Position numbers and translations under genes: made by a program. 64,000 bases of DNA from Flavobacteriales bacterium (GTDB lineage: Bacteria > Bacteroidota > Bacteroidia > UBA10329): positions 23,908 to 87,907 of the forward strand of contig JAIOYO010000004.1 of NCBI GenBank assembly GCA_021741075.1. Reading direction: 5' to 3'. Below, one piece after another: positions 1 through 9,147 of this stretch (positions are counted from its first letter, which is position 1; each line of letters starts with the position of its first letter). The notes under the pieces were generated by a model. That model worked only from the letters and a program-made list of their open reading frames with translations. It did no database searches and was not told the DNA's origin.

Positions 1-362
1 TAATCAACCAATTCGTAGGTCACGAGTTCAGAAGGTTGGAGGTCAGCATACATGGTCAACTCTTCAACAGAAAGAGAAGCCAGAACAGTGTCAAATGTTG
101 GAGTAAGGTTTTCGCTTTGATTCAAAAAAAACCAAGAGGCAAATGCAATAGCCGCAATTCCAAAACTTGGAACAAGAATTCTGCTCCATGAAAATGTTGG
201 GCGACTCGTATTCTGCTCCGATGCTCGAACACTCGCCATCACCCGTGGTGTTAGGTTTTCAAAGTAACCTTCGGGTGTTTTGAAAGCGTTCCGTTTAAGG
301 TCGGCTTCCGAAAATCCTTTGAGATTCAATTTGGGCTCGTTATGGTTTTCTGTGTTTTTCAT
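1..362 (-). CDS. putative anti-sigma factor / single-pass membrane protein (3' end runs off the window)
   Basis: Own translation from the ATG (complement of 360-362): MKNTENHNEPKLNLKGFSEADLKRNAFKTPEGYFENL...ILVPSFGIAAIAFASWFFL.... The frame stays open to the window edge and has one hydrophobic helix. It starts 34 nt after the ECF sigma stop. It is absent from the ORF track because it is truncated. Confidence 0.5.
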   Translation of the reverse strand, partial: MKNTENHNEPKLNLKGFSEADLKRNAFKTPEGYFENLTPRVMASVRASEQNTSRPTFSWSRILVPSFGIAAIAFASWFFLNQSENLTPTFDTVLASLSVEELTMYADLQPSELVTYELVD

Positions 363-395
363 CACGATGGATTGACAACTGTCTTCTTAAAAGGT

Positions 396-947
396 TTAAA
401 ACATCTGTTTAATGTAGGCTTCAATTTTCTTGACCGCATGATGGTAAGATGCTTTCAAAGCGCCAACGGACGTGCCAGTCACTTCAGCGATTTCCTCATA
501 CTTCATCTCATCAAAATATTTCATATTGAATACTAGCCGTTGCTTGGTTGGCAACGTAAGAATGGCTTGTTGTAATTTGAGTTGAATGGCATCGCCACTT
601 AGCCCAGGGTCTTCCTCCAACTGGCTTGAAAGCGTATGCGAAACATCATCCAGCGAAGCAAAAATGTTGCGCTTTTTCCTCTTCAGAAAAGTGAGCGCCT
701 CGTTTGTTGCAATGCGATAAAGCCACGTAAAAAGTTGACTGTCCTCTCTGAAACCCTCAAGGTTTTTGAATGCTTTGATGAATGTATTCTGAAGCACATC
801 ATCTGCATCATCATGGTCAACCACAATTCTTCGGATATGCCAATAAAGTCGTTCTTGATAACGATTGACCAGCTCGGTAAACGCCATATTCCGAGACGAA
901 GGGTCTCTGAAGCGTTTCAGTAAGTCCTTGTCTTGGTCGTCTGTCAT
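396..947 (-). CDS. RNA polymerase sigma-70 factor, ECF subfamily
   Basis: 183 aa. Region 2 (ERLYWHIRRIVVDHDDADDVLQNTFIKAFKNLEGFR..FTWLYRIATNEA) and region 4 (QRLVFNMKYFDEMKYEEIAEVTGTSVGALKASYHHAVKKI) are typical of ECF sigmas. Confidence 0.9.
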   Translation of the reverse strand: MTDDQDKDLLKRFRDPSSRNMAFTELVNRYQERLYWHIRRIVVDHDDADDVLQNTFIKAFKNLEGFREDSQLFTWLYRIATNEALTFLKRKKRNIFASLDDVSHTLSSQLEEDPGLSGDAIQLKLQQAILTLPTKQRLVFNMKYFDEMKYEEIAEVTGTSVGALKASYHHAVKKIEAYIKQMF

Positions 948-956
948 TTGCGAGTT

Positions 957-1910
957 TTACTTCCTCGCGATGGCTTTTAATGCTGCTTCAACGATGCTTT
1001 CTGTGTTCAATCCGTACTTTTCTAACAGTTCTTCGGGCGTGCCGCTTTCCCCAAAACTGTCATTTACTGCCACCATTTCTATGGGAGCTGGATTGTTTAA
1101 AGCCAACGTTTGAGCTACACTATCACCGAGTCCGCCATTTCGTTGGTGTTCCTCGGCAGTCACCGCGCAACCTGTTTTGTTAACGGAAGTTAGGATGGCA
1201 TCCACGTCCAAAGGTTTAATCGTATGGATGTTGATTATTTCAGCGCTCACGCCTTTCTCGGCCAAAATGGCTTGCGCCTCAATCGCTTTCCAAACCAAAT
1301 GACCTGTAGCAAAGATGCTCACATCAGAACCTTCAGCGATTTTCCAAGCCTTTCCAATCTCAAACTTCTGATCTTCAGGAGTGAAATTTGGAACCTTCGG
1401 ACGACCAAATCGGAGATAAACGGGGCCGTCTAAATCGGCAATGGCTTTGGTTGCAGCCTTGGTCTGGTTGTAATCACATGGGTTGATAACGGTCATATGT
1501 GGCAACATTTTCATCATGCCGATATCCTCCAGAATCTGATGCGTGGCGCCATCTTCTCCCAATGTCAAACCAGCGTGTGAAGCGCAGATTTTCACGTTCT
1601 TGCCTGAATACGCTACACACTGACGAATCTGGTCATACACTCGACCGGTACTGAAATTCGCGAATGTTCCTGTGAATGGGATTTTTCCTCCAACAGTCAT
1701 TCCAGCAGCAATGCTAATCATGTTTGCTTCGGCAATTCCAACTTGGAAGAATCGTTCTGGGTTTTCCTTTTCAAATGCATCCATTTTGAGCGAACCAGTG
1801 AGGTCGGCACAAAGCGCCACAACATTCTTGTTCTCTTGTCCCAATTCTTGGAGACCAGCTCCAAATCCAGAACGTGTATCGCGGTCTTCAGTTAGTTTTT
1901 CTATTACCAT
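957..1910 (-). CDS. transketolase, C-terminal (pyrimidine-binding) subunit
   Basis: 317 aa. [18 protein letters not shown] and a [15 protein letters not shown]-type motif; the size fits the split bacterial transketolase B chain. Confidence 0.9.
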   Translation of the reverse strand: MVIEKLTEDRDTRSGFGAGLQELGQENKNVVALCADLTGSLKMDAFEKENPERFFQVGIAEANMISIAAGMTVGGKIPFTGTFANFSTGRVYDQIRQCVAYSGKNVKICASHAGLTLGEDGATHQILEDIGMMKMLPHMTVINPCDYNQTKAATKAIADLDGPVYLRFGRPKVPNFTPEDQKFEIGKAWKIAEGSDVSIFATGHLVWKAIEAQAILAEKGVSAEIINIHTIKPLDVDAILTSVNKTGCAVTAEEHQRNGGLGDSVAQTLALNNPAPIEMVAVNDSFGESGTPEELLEKYGLNTESIVEAALKAIARK

Positions 1911-1928
1911 GATGAGTTATGATTTTTT

Positions 1929-2508
1929 AGCCACAGAGACACAGAATGCACAGAGATTTTCACAGAGAAAAATAGAAGTATGTCTGTTCATTGTCCAGCG
2001 AAGATTCTGCGGTCTGATCATGTTTTGTTAAAGTGTGAGTCGTTTTATTCCGAGTGTTGCTCGGCCAAAGTTCAGAATGAGGCCGATTTTACAACCAGAA
2101 CATTTTAAATAGTTAAGGGTTTGTGCGATGTCCTCGTGTGCAATGTCTGACTTTGCCTTTATTTCAAGAATCACATTTTCAAATACCACAAAGTCTGAAT
2201 AGAACGAATGCGGCAATGTTACTCCTTTGTAAACGACAGGGTATTCCTTTTCCCGTTCAAATGAAATTTTTCTATTCGCGAATTCAAGTTCCAGCGCGTC
2301 TTTATAAACGATTTCCAAGAAACCCGCTCCAAGTGCTTTATGTACTTCAATACCAGACCCAATGATGGTATCAGTCTCTTTTTGAAATGGGAAGTCTCTT
2401 TCGGAATAATTCTTCATGACATTTTCTTCCCAACGTAAGACCAAGTTTCAACAGCATAAAAAGTCATTTTTCTGTGAAACGCTCTGTGCATTCTGTGTCT
2501 CTGTGGCT
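1929..2508. repeat. inverted-repeat-bounded cassette carrying the GxxExxY gene
   Basis: AGCCACAGAGACACAGAATGCACAGAG at 1929-1955 is the exact reverse complement of 2482-2508 (27/27). Imperfect extensions (TTTCACAGA..AAAAAT) give arms of about 45 bp. The arms enclose only ORF 2028-2417. Confidence 0.9.
2028..2417 (-). CDS. GxxExxY family protein (PD-(D/E)XK nuclease-like)
   Basis: GFLEIVY matches the GxxExxY signature; DFVVFENVILEIKA matches D..E.K; the C-terminus is GLILNFGRATLGIKRL. The start is placed at the internal Met (MKNYSERDF); the ORF track begins 27 nt upstream at 2444. Confidence 0.85.
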   Translation of the reverse strand: MKNYSERDFPFQKETDTIIGSGIEVHKALGAGFLEIVYKDALELEFANRKISFEREKEYPVVYKGVTLPHSFYSDFVVFENVILEIKAKSDIAHEDIAQTLNYLKCSGCKIGLILNFGRATLGIKRLTL

Positions 2509-2520
2509 TATCCAAACTTT

Positions 2521-3915
2521 TCATCGTAATTCAACCAGTTGTGATTTGCCTGAGAAAATTGTGAAATCCTGTTCAATTGTATAAAATGCCCTTTTCGACC
2601 CTGTTGGTCGGAATACTACTTTGTAACTTCCAGGTTGAAGCGGAACGCTTTCGGATGTGAGGTTCGGGTCAAGGGAATAAATCCAATTAAGGTTAGCTCC
2701 ATCTTTCACGAAAACATCGCCAACTCCTTTTGAAATTCGCATGATATGCGCCATTCCAGGCTGCGGAATTTCTACCGTGGTGGTATGGCTCTGCGCCACA
2801 TTCACGCCCGAAACATACATGCGAGGTAGTGTCTGAATTTCGAGGTCGTAGGTTCCGACCAAATAGCGTTGTTTCTTGCTCACTTTTTGCAGGTTCAACG
2901 TATTTGTTTCACCACCTTTTCTCACAATCGCCTGAAGATTCTCATAATCGTGCTTTCCCTGTACTTTCAGAATCAAATCACCTTGAGGAGCATCTATAGC
3001 GATGATATTGTGAATGCCGGGAATGAGTTGGATGCTGTCTTTTGTAACTGACGGCACCGTGTGCACCTTCATTCGGTATGTGGTAAGTGGGTCGATACTC
3101 AAGGTGTCTGGCAAACCACGATGATTCATGGTATGAATGATATTGTAAACCATTTGGCCCGAAATAGCATCATAAAACGTCATATTCACGTCTGTCTCTG
3201 TTGGATTGCTATTGATATCAAGCAGATTTACTTGCACTGAGGTTGGGTTCAATGCTTGAGAGATAACCACATTTAATATGTCTTTGAAGGAACGCTCATT
3301 CTTCGCATTGAAATAGCTCCCGATACACTTGAATCGGTCAATTAATTCGAGGTCGAGACCTATGCCGATTACAAATGGTTTTAAAACGATGCCTTTCGAT
3401 TGCAATGCCATCGAAATGGCACACGGGTCGCCATCGCATTCTTCAATCCCATCGGTAATCAGAATAATCATGTTCCGACAATTTGCACAGGGTGGGAAAT
3501 CCTTAGCAGATTGTTCTAAACTATAAGCAATTGGGGTTGTTCCTTTTGGCTGTATTTTACCTAACGCTTTCTTAATGGCTGGTACACCACCACCACCGAA
3601 AGGAACTTCTAGTCGCGTGTCTTTACAATCTCGTTGCGTGCTGGAAATGTATTGGCTTTGATGCCCGTATGCACGGAAGGCCATTTCAAGGTTGTCCACG
3701 TTTTTTAGACTGTCCAAAAGCTCGTTGAGCAATTGCTTCGCGATGTCAATTTTCATCCCGCTTTCCCAATGCCCGAACATGCTTTGGGAGCCATCGAAAA
3801 CAAAAAGAATCCGATTGAGCGGCTTTTCTTTTTCCTGCGCAGTGGTAGTGTTGCTGAAACCGAGCAAAAGCCCAAGCGCCAACATCAAGACAGAAATATG
3901 CTTTCTAAAATTCAA
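2521..3915 (-). CDS. secreted von Willebrand factor type A (VWA) domain protein
   Basis: 464 aa with a signal peptide (LMLALGLLLGFSNTTTAQ). MIDAS-like residues: DGSQSM, TPIAYSL, ITDGIEEC. Confidence 0.8.
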   Translation of the reverse strand: MNFRKHISVLMLALGLLLGFSNTTTAQEKEKPLNRILFVFDGSQSMFGHWESGMKIDIAKQLLNELLDSLKNVDNLEMAFRAYGHQSQYISSTQRDCKDTRLEVPFGGGGVPAIKKALGKIQPKGTTPIAYSLEQSAKDFPPCANCRNMIILITDGIEECDGDPCAISMALQSKGIVLKPFVIGIGLDLELIDRFKCIGSYFNAKNERSFKDILNVVISQALNPTSVQVNLLDINSNPTETDVNMTFYDAISGQMVYNIIHTMNHRGLPDTLSIDPLTTYRMKVHTVPSVTKDSIQLIPGIHNIIAIDAPQGDLILKVQGKHDYENLQAIVRKGGETNTLNLQKVSKKQRYLVGTYDLEIQTLPRMYVSGVNVAQSHTTTVEIPQPGMAHIMRISKGVGDVFVKDGANLNWIYSLDPNLTSESVPLQPGSYKVVFRPTGSKRAFYTIEQDFTIFSGKSQLVELR

Positions 3916-3968
3916 TTAAGAATAATGAATGAATAATTTAAAATCATTGCCTTTTGCATATCGTCTCC

Positions 3969-4012
3969 CTGAACTTGTTTCAGGGTCTAAACAAATGCTG
4001 AAACAAGTTCAG
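3969..4012. repeat. perfect 15-bp palindromic hairpin (REP-like) 3' of the transketolase N gene
   Basis: CTGAACTTGTTTCAG (3969-3983) and CTGAAACAAGTTCAG (3998-4012) are exact reverse complements with a 14-nt loop. No U-tract follows on the minus strand. Confidence 0.85.
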
Positions 4013-4033
4013 CATGACTCAGGATTTCCCTTT

Positions 4034-4879
4034 TTAATAATCTCCCAACGTTTCTTCCAGCTGGCTAAGTGCATCATCCAATTGCTCTGCATTGGGAAAG
4101 ATGCCGTGCCATTTGTGGCTTCCCATCATGTAATCAACTCCCATGCCCATTTCGGTTTTCATCAGGTTTATCACAGGAACGCCTTTGCCTGTTGCCGCTT
4201 TACATTCTGCCATGGTTTTGAGCAAATCCTCCAAGTTGTTGCCATCGCATTCAAATACCTTCCAACCAAAAGCCTCAAATTTTGCACGAAGACTTCCAAG
4301 CGCAATTACATCATCGGTATCACCATCAATTTGTCTTCCGTTAACGTCAACCGTAGCAATGATATTGTCAACCTTCTTAGCTGCTGCATACATAGCGGCT
4401 TCCCAAATTTGACCTTCTTGCAGCTCGCCATCGCCATGAAGCGTATAAACCAACTTGCTCTCGCCATTCAGTTTTTTTGTCAACGCAGCTCCAATTCCGC
4501 AAGAAAGTCCCATGCCCAAAGAGCCCGAAGCCATTCTCACGCCAGGCAATCCTTCATGCGTGGTTGGGTGTCCTTGCAAACGCGTGTTGAGGAATCGGAA
4601 CGTTGATAATTCCTTCACTGGAAAATATCCGTAACGTGCCAAAACGCTATACCAAACTGGTGATATATGGCCGTTTGATAGAAAGAAAACATCCTCGCCT
4701 TTGCCATCCATTGTAAAGTTGGAAGAATCAGGCTTCATAATCTCATGATAGAGAGAAACGAAGAATTCTACGCAACCCAACGAGCCTCCTGGGTGCCCCG
4801 ATTTGGGTGCCGCTACCATTCGTACAATGTCTCTTCGGGTCTGTGAACAGATGTGTTTTAGTTCTTCTGTTGATGGCAT
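4034..4879 (-). CDS. transketolase, N-terminal (TPP-binding) subunit
   Basis: 281 aa. SGHPGGSLG and GDGELQEGQIWEA are TPP-binding motifs. Confidence 0.9.
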   Translation of the reverse strand: MPSTEELKHICSQTRRDIVRMVAAPKSGHPGGSLGCVEFFVSLYHEIMKPDSSNFTMDGKGEDVFFLSNGHISPVWYSVLARYGYFPVKELSTFRFLNTRLQGHPTTHEGLPGVRMASGSLGMGLSCGIGAALTKKLNGESKLVYTLHGDGELQEGQIWEAAMYAAAKKVDNIIATVDVNGRQIDGDTDDVIALGSLRAKFEAFGWKVFECDGNNLEDLLKTMAECKAATGKGVPVINLMKTEMGMGVDYMMGSHKWHGIFPNAEQLDDALSQLEETLGDY

Positions 4880-4902
4880 GGAGTGGCTGATTGGTTCAGC
4901 CT

Positions 4903-4933
4903 CAAAAGTACCTTAACCTCAAGGGCAGGCAAA
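4903..4933 (-). promoter_or_regulatory. Bacteroidota-type promoter (-33 TTTG / -7 TACTTTTG) for the transketolase operon
   Basis: The minus strand reads TTTG-N19-TACTTTTG, and the -7 box ends 24 nt before the ATG at 4879. This matches the TTTG/TAnnTTTG consensus described for Bacteroidetes. Confidence 0.5.
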
Positions 4934-5031
4934 GCCGCGTTGAAAACATTTGATAAGTCGAAGCGACCATCTTTTTCCTTGCTTTACAGTGTCTATTCGT
5001 CTCAAAAGGATAATTTTCGCAGCTAGTAAAA

Positions 5032-6534
5032 ATGAAAGCCACACCAGTGAAAAACAATCTTTTAATCGTTCTCCTTGTCTTTGTGCTTTGCTTCCTATCG
5101 CGGTTGCTGTTCGTTAATTCTAACGTGTTCTTTTTTGATGGAGATGAGGCCATTGTGGCACTTATGGGACTCGATATTTTGGATGGTAATTTTCCACTCT
5201 ACTTCTACGGTCAGAATTATGGGCTCTCGATAGTCGAAGCTCTGCTGATAAGCGTGGGCATACTTCTTTTTGGGACGACAATGCTTGCCGTGAAACTTCC
5301 AATGCTACTCCTTTGGTCAGGGGCAATTTCGCTCATGGCCTTGTCTTTTTTCAAACTATCGAAGCAGAATAAGATCGCCACAATCCTTTTCATTGCGGTT
5401 ATGATTCTTTCGCCAACCTGGCTGGTCTGGTCTATGAAGGCGAGGGGCGGTTATCTCACCAGTTTCTTCTTTGCTTCCCTTGTCACCTTTCTTCTGATTC
5501 AATATCAAGAACGCCTGAATGCAATTATTTGGCTGGTCATTGGCCTATCGTTGGCCTTGGTCTATGAAGCACAACCAATTTGGTTGCCATGTCTGTTGCC
5601 AGTAATGGCTTATTTCCTCTTGCAGCAGGAAGGTAAATTATCGGAAAAAGTAAAATCAGCAGGAGCATTTGTGTTGGGTGCTGGAATTCCCTTGGCAGCA
5701 TTTGCTTACGTCAAATCCACCATTGAAGTAGCATGGGACACGCCTAAACCGAATTTCGTGAAGCGATTAGAACTACTAGGTGATTTGCCGGATTTGCTTC
5801 TTAAAAATCTTGGCGGCAACTACTTTCTTTCTACAAATTACGAGCCTTCAAACAAGTCCTATGCAACCATTTTTATAGTGGTCTTTTTGGCTCTGGCGGC
5901 TTTGGGTATCTACAGAGTTGTAAAGGAAAGGAGACTGAACCTGTCCTCAGTTTTTTTGCTTGCATCCATGTTTTCCTTTTCTGGCTTCTTGGTGAAATCG
6001 GAACCACGTTATCTGCTTCCTTTTTTCGGCTTTGCCCTCTTTACAATGGTTGCTGTTTTCACAGAAACGGAGAATGGAAACATCCGAAAGGGAATGCTTG
6101 GTGCTTCGGTTATTCTGTGTTTGATGGGGCTGGCGGCCTTGCCTAATTTCAACAAATATTCGTTTGTGAACATGTCTTTGACGGAGGTGGATAGACAGAT
6201 AAAGAATGATGAGGCGGTGATGGATAAACTCATCCGGAAGTTCAAGGCGGATGGAGTGAAGTATGTATTCACGACAAATGAATTTCTGCAGCATCAGCTT
6301 AATTATATGAGTAATAAGGAGCTATTGGTTATTGGACGAAAGGATCGTTGCCGAACGCCAGAGAATGTGGAAGCTATCATGGCGGCATACCCAGAACATG
6401 CCAGCGAATTTGCCATCATCGGCTATAATTTTCGCTATGGATACACGGGCAAAATTCCCTTGGTTGACAATAAGATATTCTACATCATCCGACCTGATAA
6501 GCAAACTCTCGAGCAGGTTGGGTTTTTTAAATAG
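5032..6534 (+). CDS. polytopic membrane protein, GT-C (ArnT/PMT, family 39-like) glycosyltransferase candidate
   Basis: 500 aa with many N-terminal TM helices, an early acidic loop (FFFDGDEAIV) and a soluble C-terminal domain. Assigned by architecture only. Confidence 0.45.
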   Translation: MKATPVKNNLLIVLLVFVLCFLSRLLFVNSNVFFFDGDEAIVALMGLDILDGNFPLYFYGQNYGLSIVEALLISVGILLFGTTMLAVKLPMLLLWSGAISLMALSFFKLSKQNKIATILFIAVMILSPTWLVWSMKARGGYLTSFFFASLVTFLLIQYQERLNAIIWLVIGLSLALVYEAQPIWLPCLLPVMAYFLLQQEGKLSEKVKSAGAFVLGAGIPLAAFAYVKSTIEVAWDTPKPNFVKRLELLGDLPDLLLKNLGGNYFLSTNYEPSNKSYATIFIVVFLALAALGIYRVVKERRLNLSSVFLLASMFSFSGFLVKSEPRYLLPFFGFALFTMVAVFTETENGNIRKGMLGASVILCLMGLAALPNFNKYSFVNMSLTEVDRQIKNDEAVMDKLIRKFKADGVKYVFTTNEFLQHQLNYMSNKELLVIGRKDRCRTPENVEAIMAAYPEHASEFAIIGYNFRYGYTGKIPLVDNKIFYIIRPDKQTLEQVGFFK

Positions 6535-6566
6535 AGGCTAAAACAAACCTAATTACAAATTAAATT

Positions 6567-6583
6567 TCTCCCCCTTGGGGAGA
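6567..6583. repeat. C/G hairpin TCTCCCC-CTT-GGGGAGA
   Basis: 7-bp perfect stem. Same family as 54315-54330, 59304-59320 and 59381-59397. Confidence 0.7.
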
Positions 6584-6605
6584 TTAATAGGGGCTGTTAC
6601 CTTTG
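6575..6605 (+). promoter_or_regulatory. Bacteroidota-type promoter (TTG-N20-TACCTTTG) for ychF
   Basis: TACCTTTG at 6598-6605 lies 20 nt upstream of the ATG at 6626. This supports the shorter start. Confidence 0.45.
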
Positions 6606-6625
6606 CCGCCTCAAAAAATCGAGCT

Positions 6626-7723
6626 ATGGCTTTACAATGTGGTATCGTAGGACTTCCAAATGTTGGGAAGTCAACACTTTTTAACTGTCTTTCTAATGCA
6701 AAGGCGCAGGCTGCAAACTTTCCGTTCTGCACCATTGAACCGAACGTGGGTGTAATCACTGTTCCAGACGAGCGTTTAGAAAAATTGGAATCATTAGTGA
6801 AACCAGAACGCGTGGTTCCTACAACTATCGAAATCGTTGATATTGCTGGTTTGGTGAAAGGTGCCAGTAAGGGCGAAGGATTGGGAAACCAGTTCCTCGG
6901 TAACATTCGCGAGACCGATGCCATTATCCATGTACTGAGATGTTTTGAAGATGGAAATATCGTTCACGTGGATGGTTCTGTGAATCCTATTCGCGATAAG
7001 GAAGTGATTGATACCGAACTACAGTTCAAGGATCTGGAGACGGTTGATAAGCGTATCGTAAAGGTGAAGAAGGGTGCTGAGATCGGACAGAAGGAAGCGA
7101 AAGCTGAATTTGATGTGCTTACTATTTTGAAAGCAACTTTGGAGCAAGGTAAATCTGCTCGAAGTGCTGAATTGAATGATAGCCAACTGGAATTGGCGCA
7201 GTCATTCCAGTTGTTAACACTTAAGCCAGTGCTGTACGTATGTAATGTGGATGAAGCTTCTGTGGTTACTGGAAATGAGTTTAGTAAGAAGGTAGAAGAA
7301 GCAGTGAAGGATGAGAACGCGGAGGTGATCCTTATCTCTGCTGCAGCAGAAGCCGATATCGCAGGATTGGATACCTACGAAGAGCGTCAAGAATTTTTGC
7401 AGGACATGGGATTGTCTGAGGCTGGGGTGAACAAATTGATTCGTTCTGCCTACAAACTACTGAAGCTTCAAACGTATTTCACAGCAGGTGTAAAGGAGGT
7501 CCGCGCGTGGACCATTGAAAAAGGAATGACCGCGCCACAGGCAGCTGGAGTTATTCATACCGATTTCGAGAAAGGCTTTATCCGCGCAGAGACCATCGCT
7601 TACAATGATTTCGTAACCCTTGGCTCAGAAGCTGCTGTGAAAGAAGCTGGCAAGATGAAAGTGGAAGGCAAGGAATACGTGGTGAATGACGGAGATGTGA
7701 TGCATTTCCGTTTCAACGTTTGA
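6626..7723 (+). CDS. ychF: redox-regulated ribosome-binding ATPase YchF
   Basis: MALQCGIVGLPNVGKSTLFN and a C-terminal TGS-like region. 365 aa from the internal Met; the track start at 6575 adds 17 atypical residues. Confidence 0.9.
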   Translation: MALQCGIVGLPNVGKSTLFNCLSNAKAQAANFPFCTIEPNVGVITVPDERLEKLESLVKPERVVPTTIEIVDIAGLVKGASKGEGLGNQFLGNIRETDAIIHVLRCFEDGNIVHVDGSVNPIRDKEVIDTELQFKDLETVDKRIVKVKKGAEIGQKEAKAEFDVLTILKATLEQGKSARSAELNDSQLELAQSFQLLTLKPVLYVCNVDEASVVTGNEFSKKVEEAVKDENAEVILISAAAEADIAGLDTYEERQEFLQDMGLSEAGVNKLIRSAYKLLKLQTYFTAGVKEVRAWTIEKGMTAPQAAGVIHTDFEKGFIRAETIAYNDFVTLGSEAAVKEAGKMKVEGKEYVVNDGDVMHFRFNV

Positions 7724-7792
7724 TAATTAGCGAATTAGAGTAATAAGCGAATAAGCTAATGATGGATGTCAATTAGCTGCTGCGCAATTCCA

Positions 7793-8704
7793 TTACCTTT
7801 TCTTCTCAAACACTTCGTTCAAATAATCGTGGTCAACCTTGCCTTTTTTATCGGCTTGGGCGAAGCGTTCTGTTAATCGTTTTCTAACTGTTTCTTTCTT
7901 TTTTTCGCCAAGGCGAAAAATGCGCAGCAAGAGGCTTGGAAAGAACCGTTTCATGAAAAACATGAACTTGGCATCGGCTGGCAGAATTACATGAAAACGG
8001 CCTTTACCTGCTTTTTTAAGAACGTAAGCGGCTACCCGTTCGGGAGTGAGCTGTGACGTGGCAAATATCATCTTAGACATTTCCACTTCATCTTGATTTC
8101 CTCTAGCACTTTGCATCACCTTTGTTTTGAAGAAAGTGGGCATCACACATGTTACTTGAACTCCGTGAGAATGAAGCTCAGCCGACATGGTTTCGGATAA
8201 TGACCGAACACCTGCTTTACTTACGTTGTATGCGGCCATTCTCGGGAGGCTTGTAAAGGCAGCTGCACTAGCAATGTTGATGATAGCACCCGATTTCTGC
8301 TTCTTGAACTGAGGAATGAACAGCACATTTCCGTAGATCACGCCATGGAGGTTGATACTGAGCAGCCAATCCCAATTATCGAGGCCGTATTCTTCCACAT
8401 AACCGCCATCGCCAACACCTGCGTTGTTTACGAGGAGGTCGATGCCGCCAACTTCGCTCAAGAACTTCTCCGAAACGATGCGGTAGGCGTCTTTGTCGGA
8501 AACATCTAACCCATAGGTCAGTGGATTTCCACCTAGCTGTTTGATCTCCGTGGCTGCCTTTTCCAGAGCTACTCCGTTGATGTCGCTCATGCCAATGGTC
8601 CAACCGTCAGCGGCAAGTTCTTTACAGAGACAGAGCCCTAATCCTGAACCAGCGCCTGTAATGAAGGCGCGTTTTTGGGGAAATCGTTTGGTGAGTTGTA
8701 GCAT
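7793..8704 (-). CDS. short-chain dehydrogenase/reductase (SDR) family oxidoreductase
   Basis: ITGAGSGLG (TGxxxGxG), NNAG, and YNVSKAG (YxxxK). Confidence 0.85.
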   Translation of the reverse strand: MLQLTKRFPQKRAFITGAGSGLGLCLCKELAADGWTIGMSDINGVALEKAATEIKQLGGNPLTYGLDVSDKDAYRIVSEKFLSEVGGIDLLVNNAGVGDGGYVEEYGLDNWDWLLSINLHGVIYGNVLFIPQFKKQKSGAIINIASAAAFTSLPRMAAYNVSKAGVRSLSETMSAELHSHGVQVTCVMPTFFKTKVMQSARGNQDEVEMSKMIFATSQLTPERVAAYVLKKAGKGRFHVILPADAKFMFFMKRFFPSLLLRIFRLGEKKKETVRKRLTERFAQADKKGKVDHDYLNEVFEKKR

Positions 8705-8748
8705 TTGGGCAACAAGATAGTTGCCACGAACGAGAAACTAAAGCACTA

Positions 8749-9147
8749 TTAATGTATCCAGCGGGTGATGTAGAATCCTGCTGTGCTTACGGCTCCAGTA
8801 AGTACGATTCCCCAGATGATGTCCACGAATACTACTTTGAGAGGAAAGCCTTTGAGCGTTGCAAGGTTGGTGAGGTCGTAGGTGGCGTAGCAGAAAAAAC
8901 CGAAGAGTGCACCATATAGCATGGCGTGTTTGACTGAATCGTTCTCTACCGCAGGAAGGATGGAAAAGATGAAAATACCCACGATGTATATGAGGTAGAA
9001 GATCAATGCAGCAGCCCAATTCACGTTCTCTTTAAGGAGTCCGCCCAACTGTTCCCAGTAGAATTTCTTGGCCACGAGGCCAATCCAAGTGAGGTCGATG
9101 GCGAAGAAGACAACGGTGGTGAGGAGGTAGCTGATAAGGAGTTTCAT
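8749..9147 (-). CDS. DUF2177-like integral membrane protein
   Basis: 132 aa from MKLLISYLLTTVVFFAIDLTWIG, with four hydrophobic helices. The 190-aa track ORF extends through a GC-rich non-coding stretch and is unlikely to be real. Confidence 0.6.
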   Translation of the reverse strand: MKLLISYLLTTVVFFAIDLTWIGLVAKKFYWEQLGGLLKENVNWAAALIFYLIYIVGIFIFSILPAVENDSVKHAMLYGALFGFFCYATYDLTNLATLKGFPLKVVFVDIIWGIVLTGAVSTAGFYITRWIH

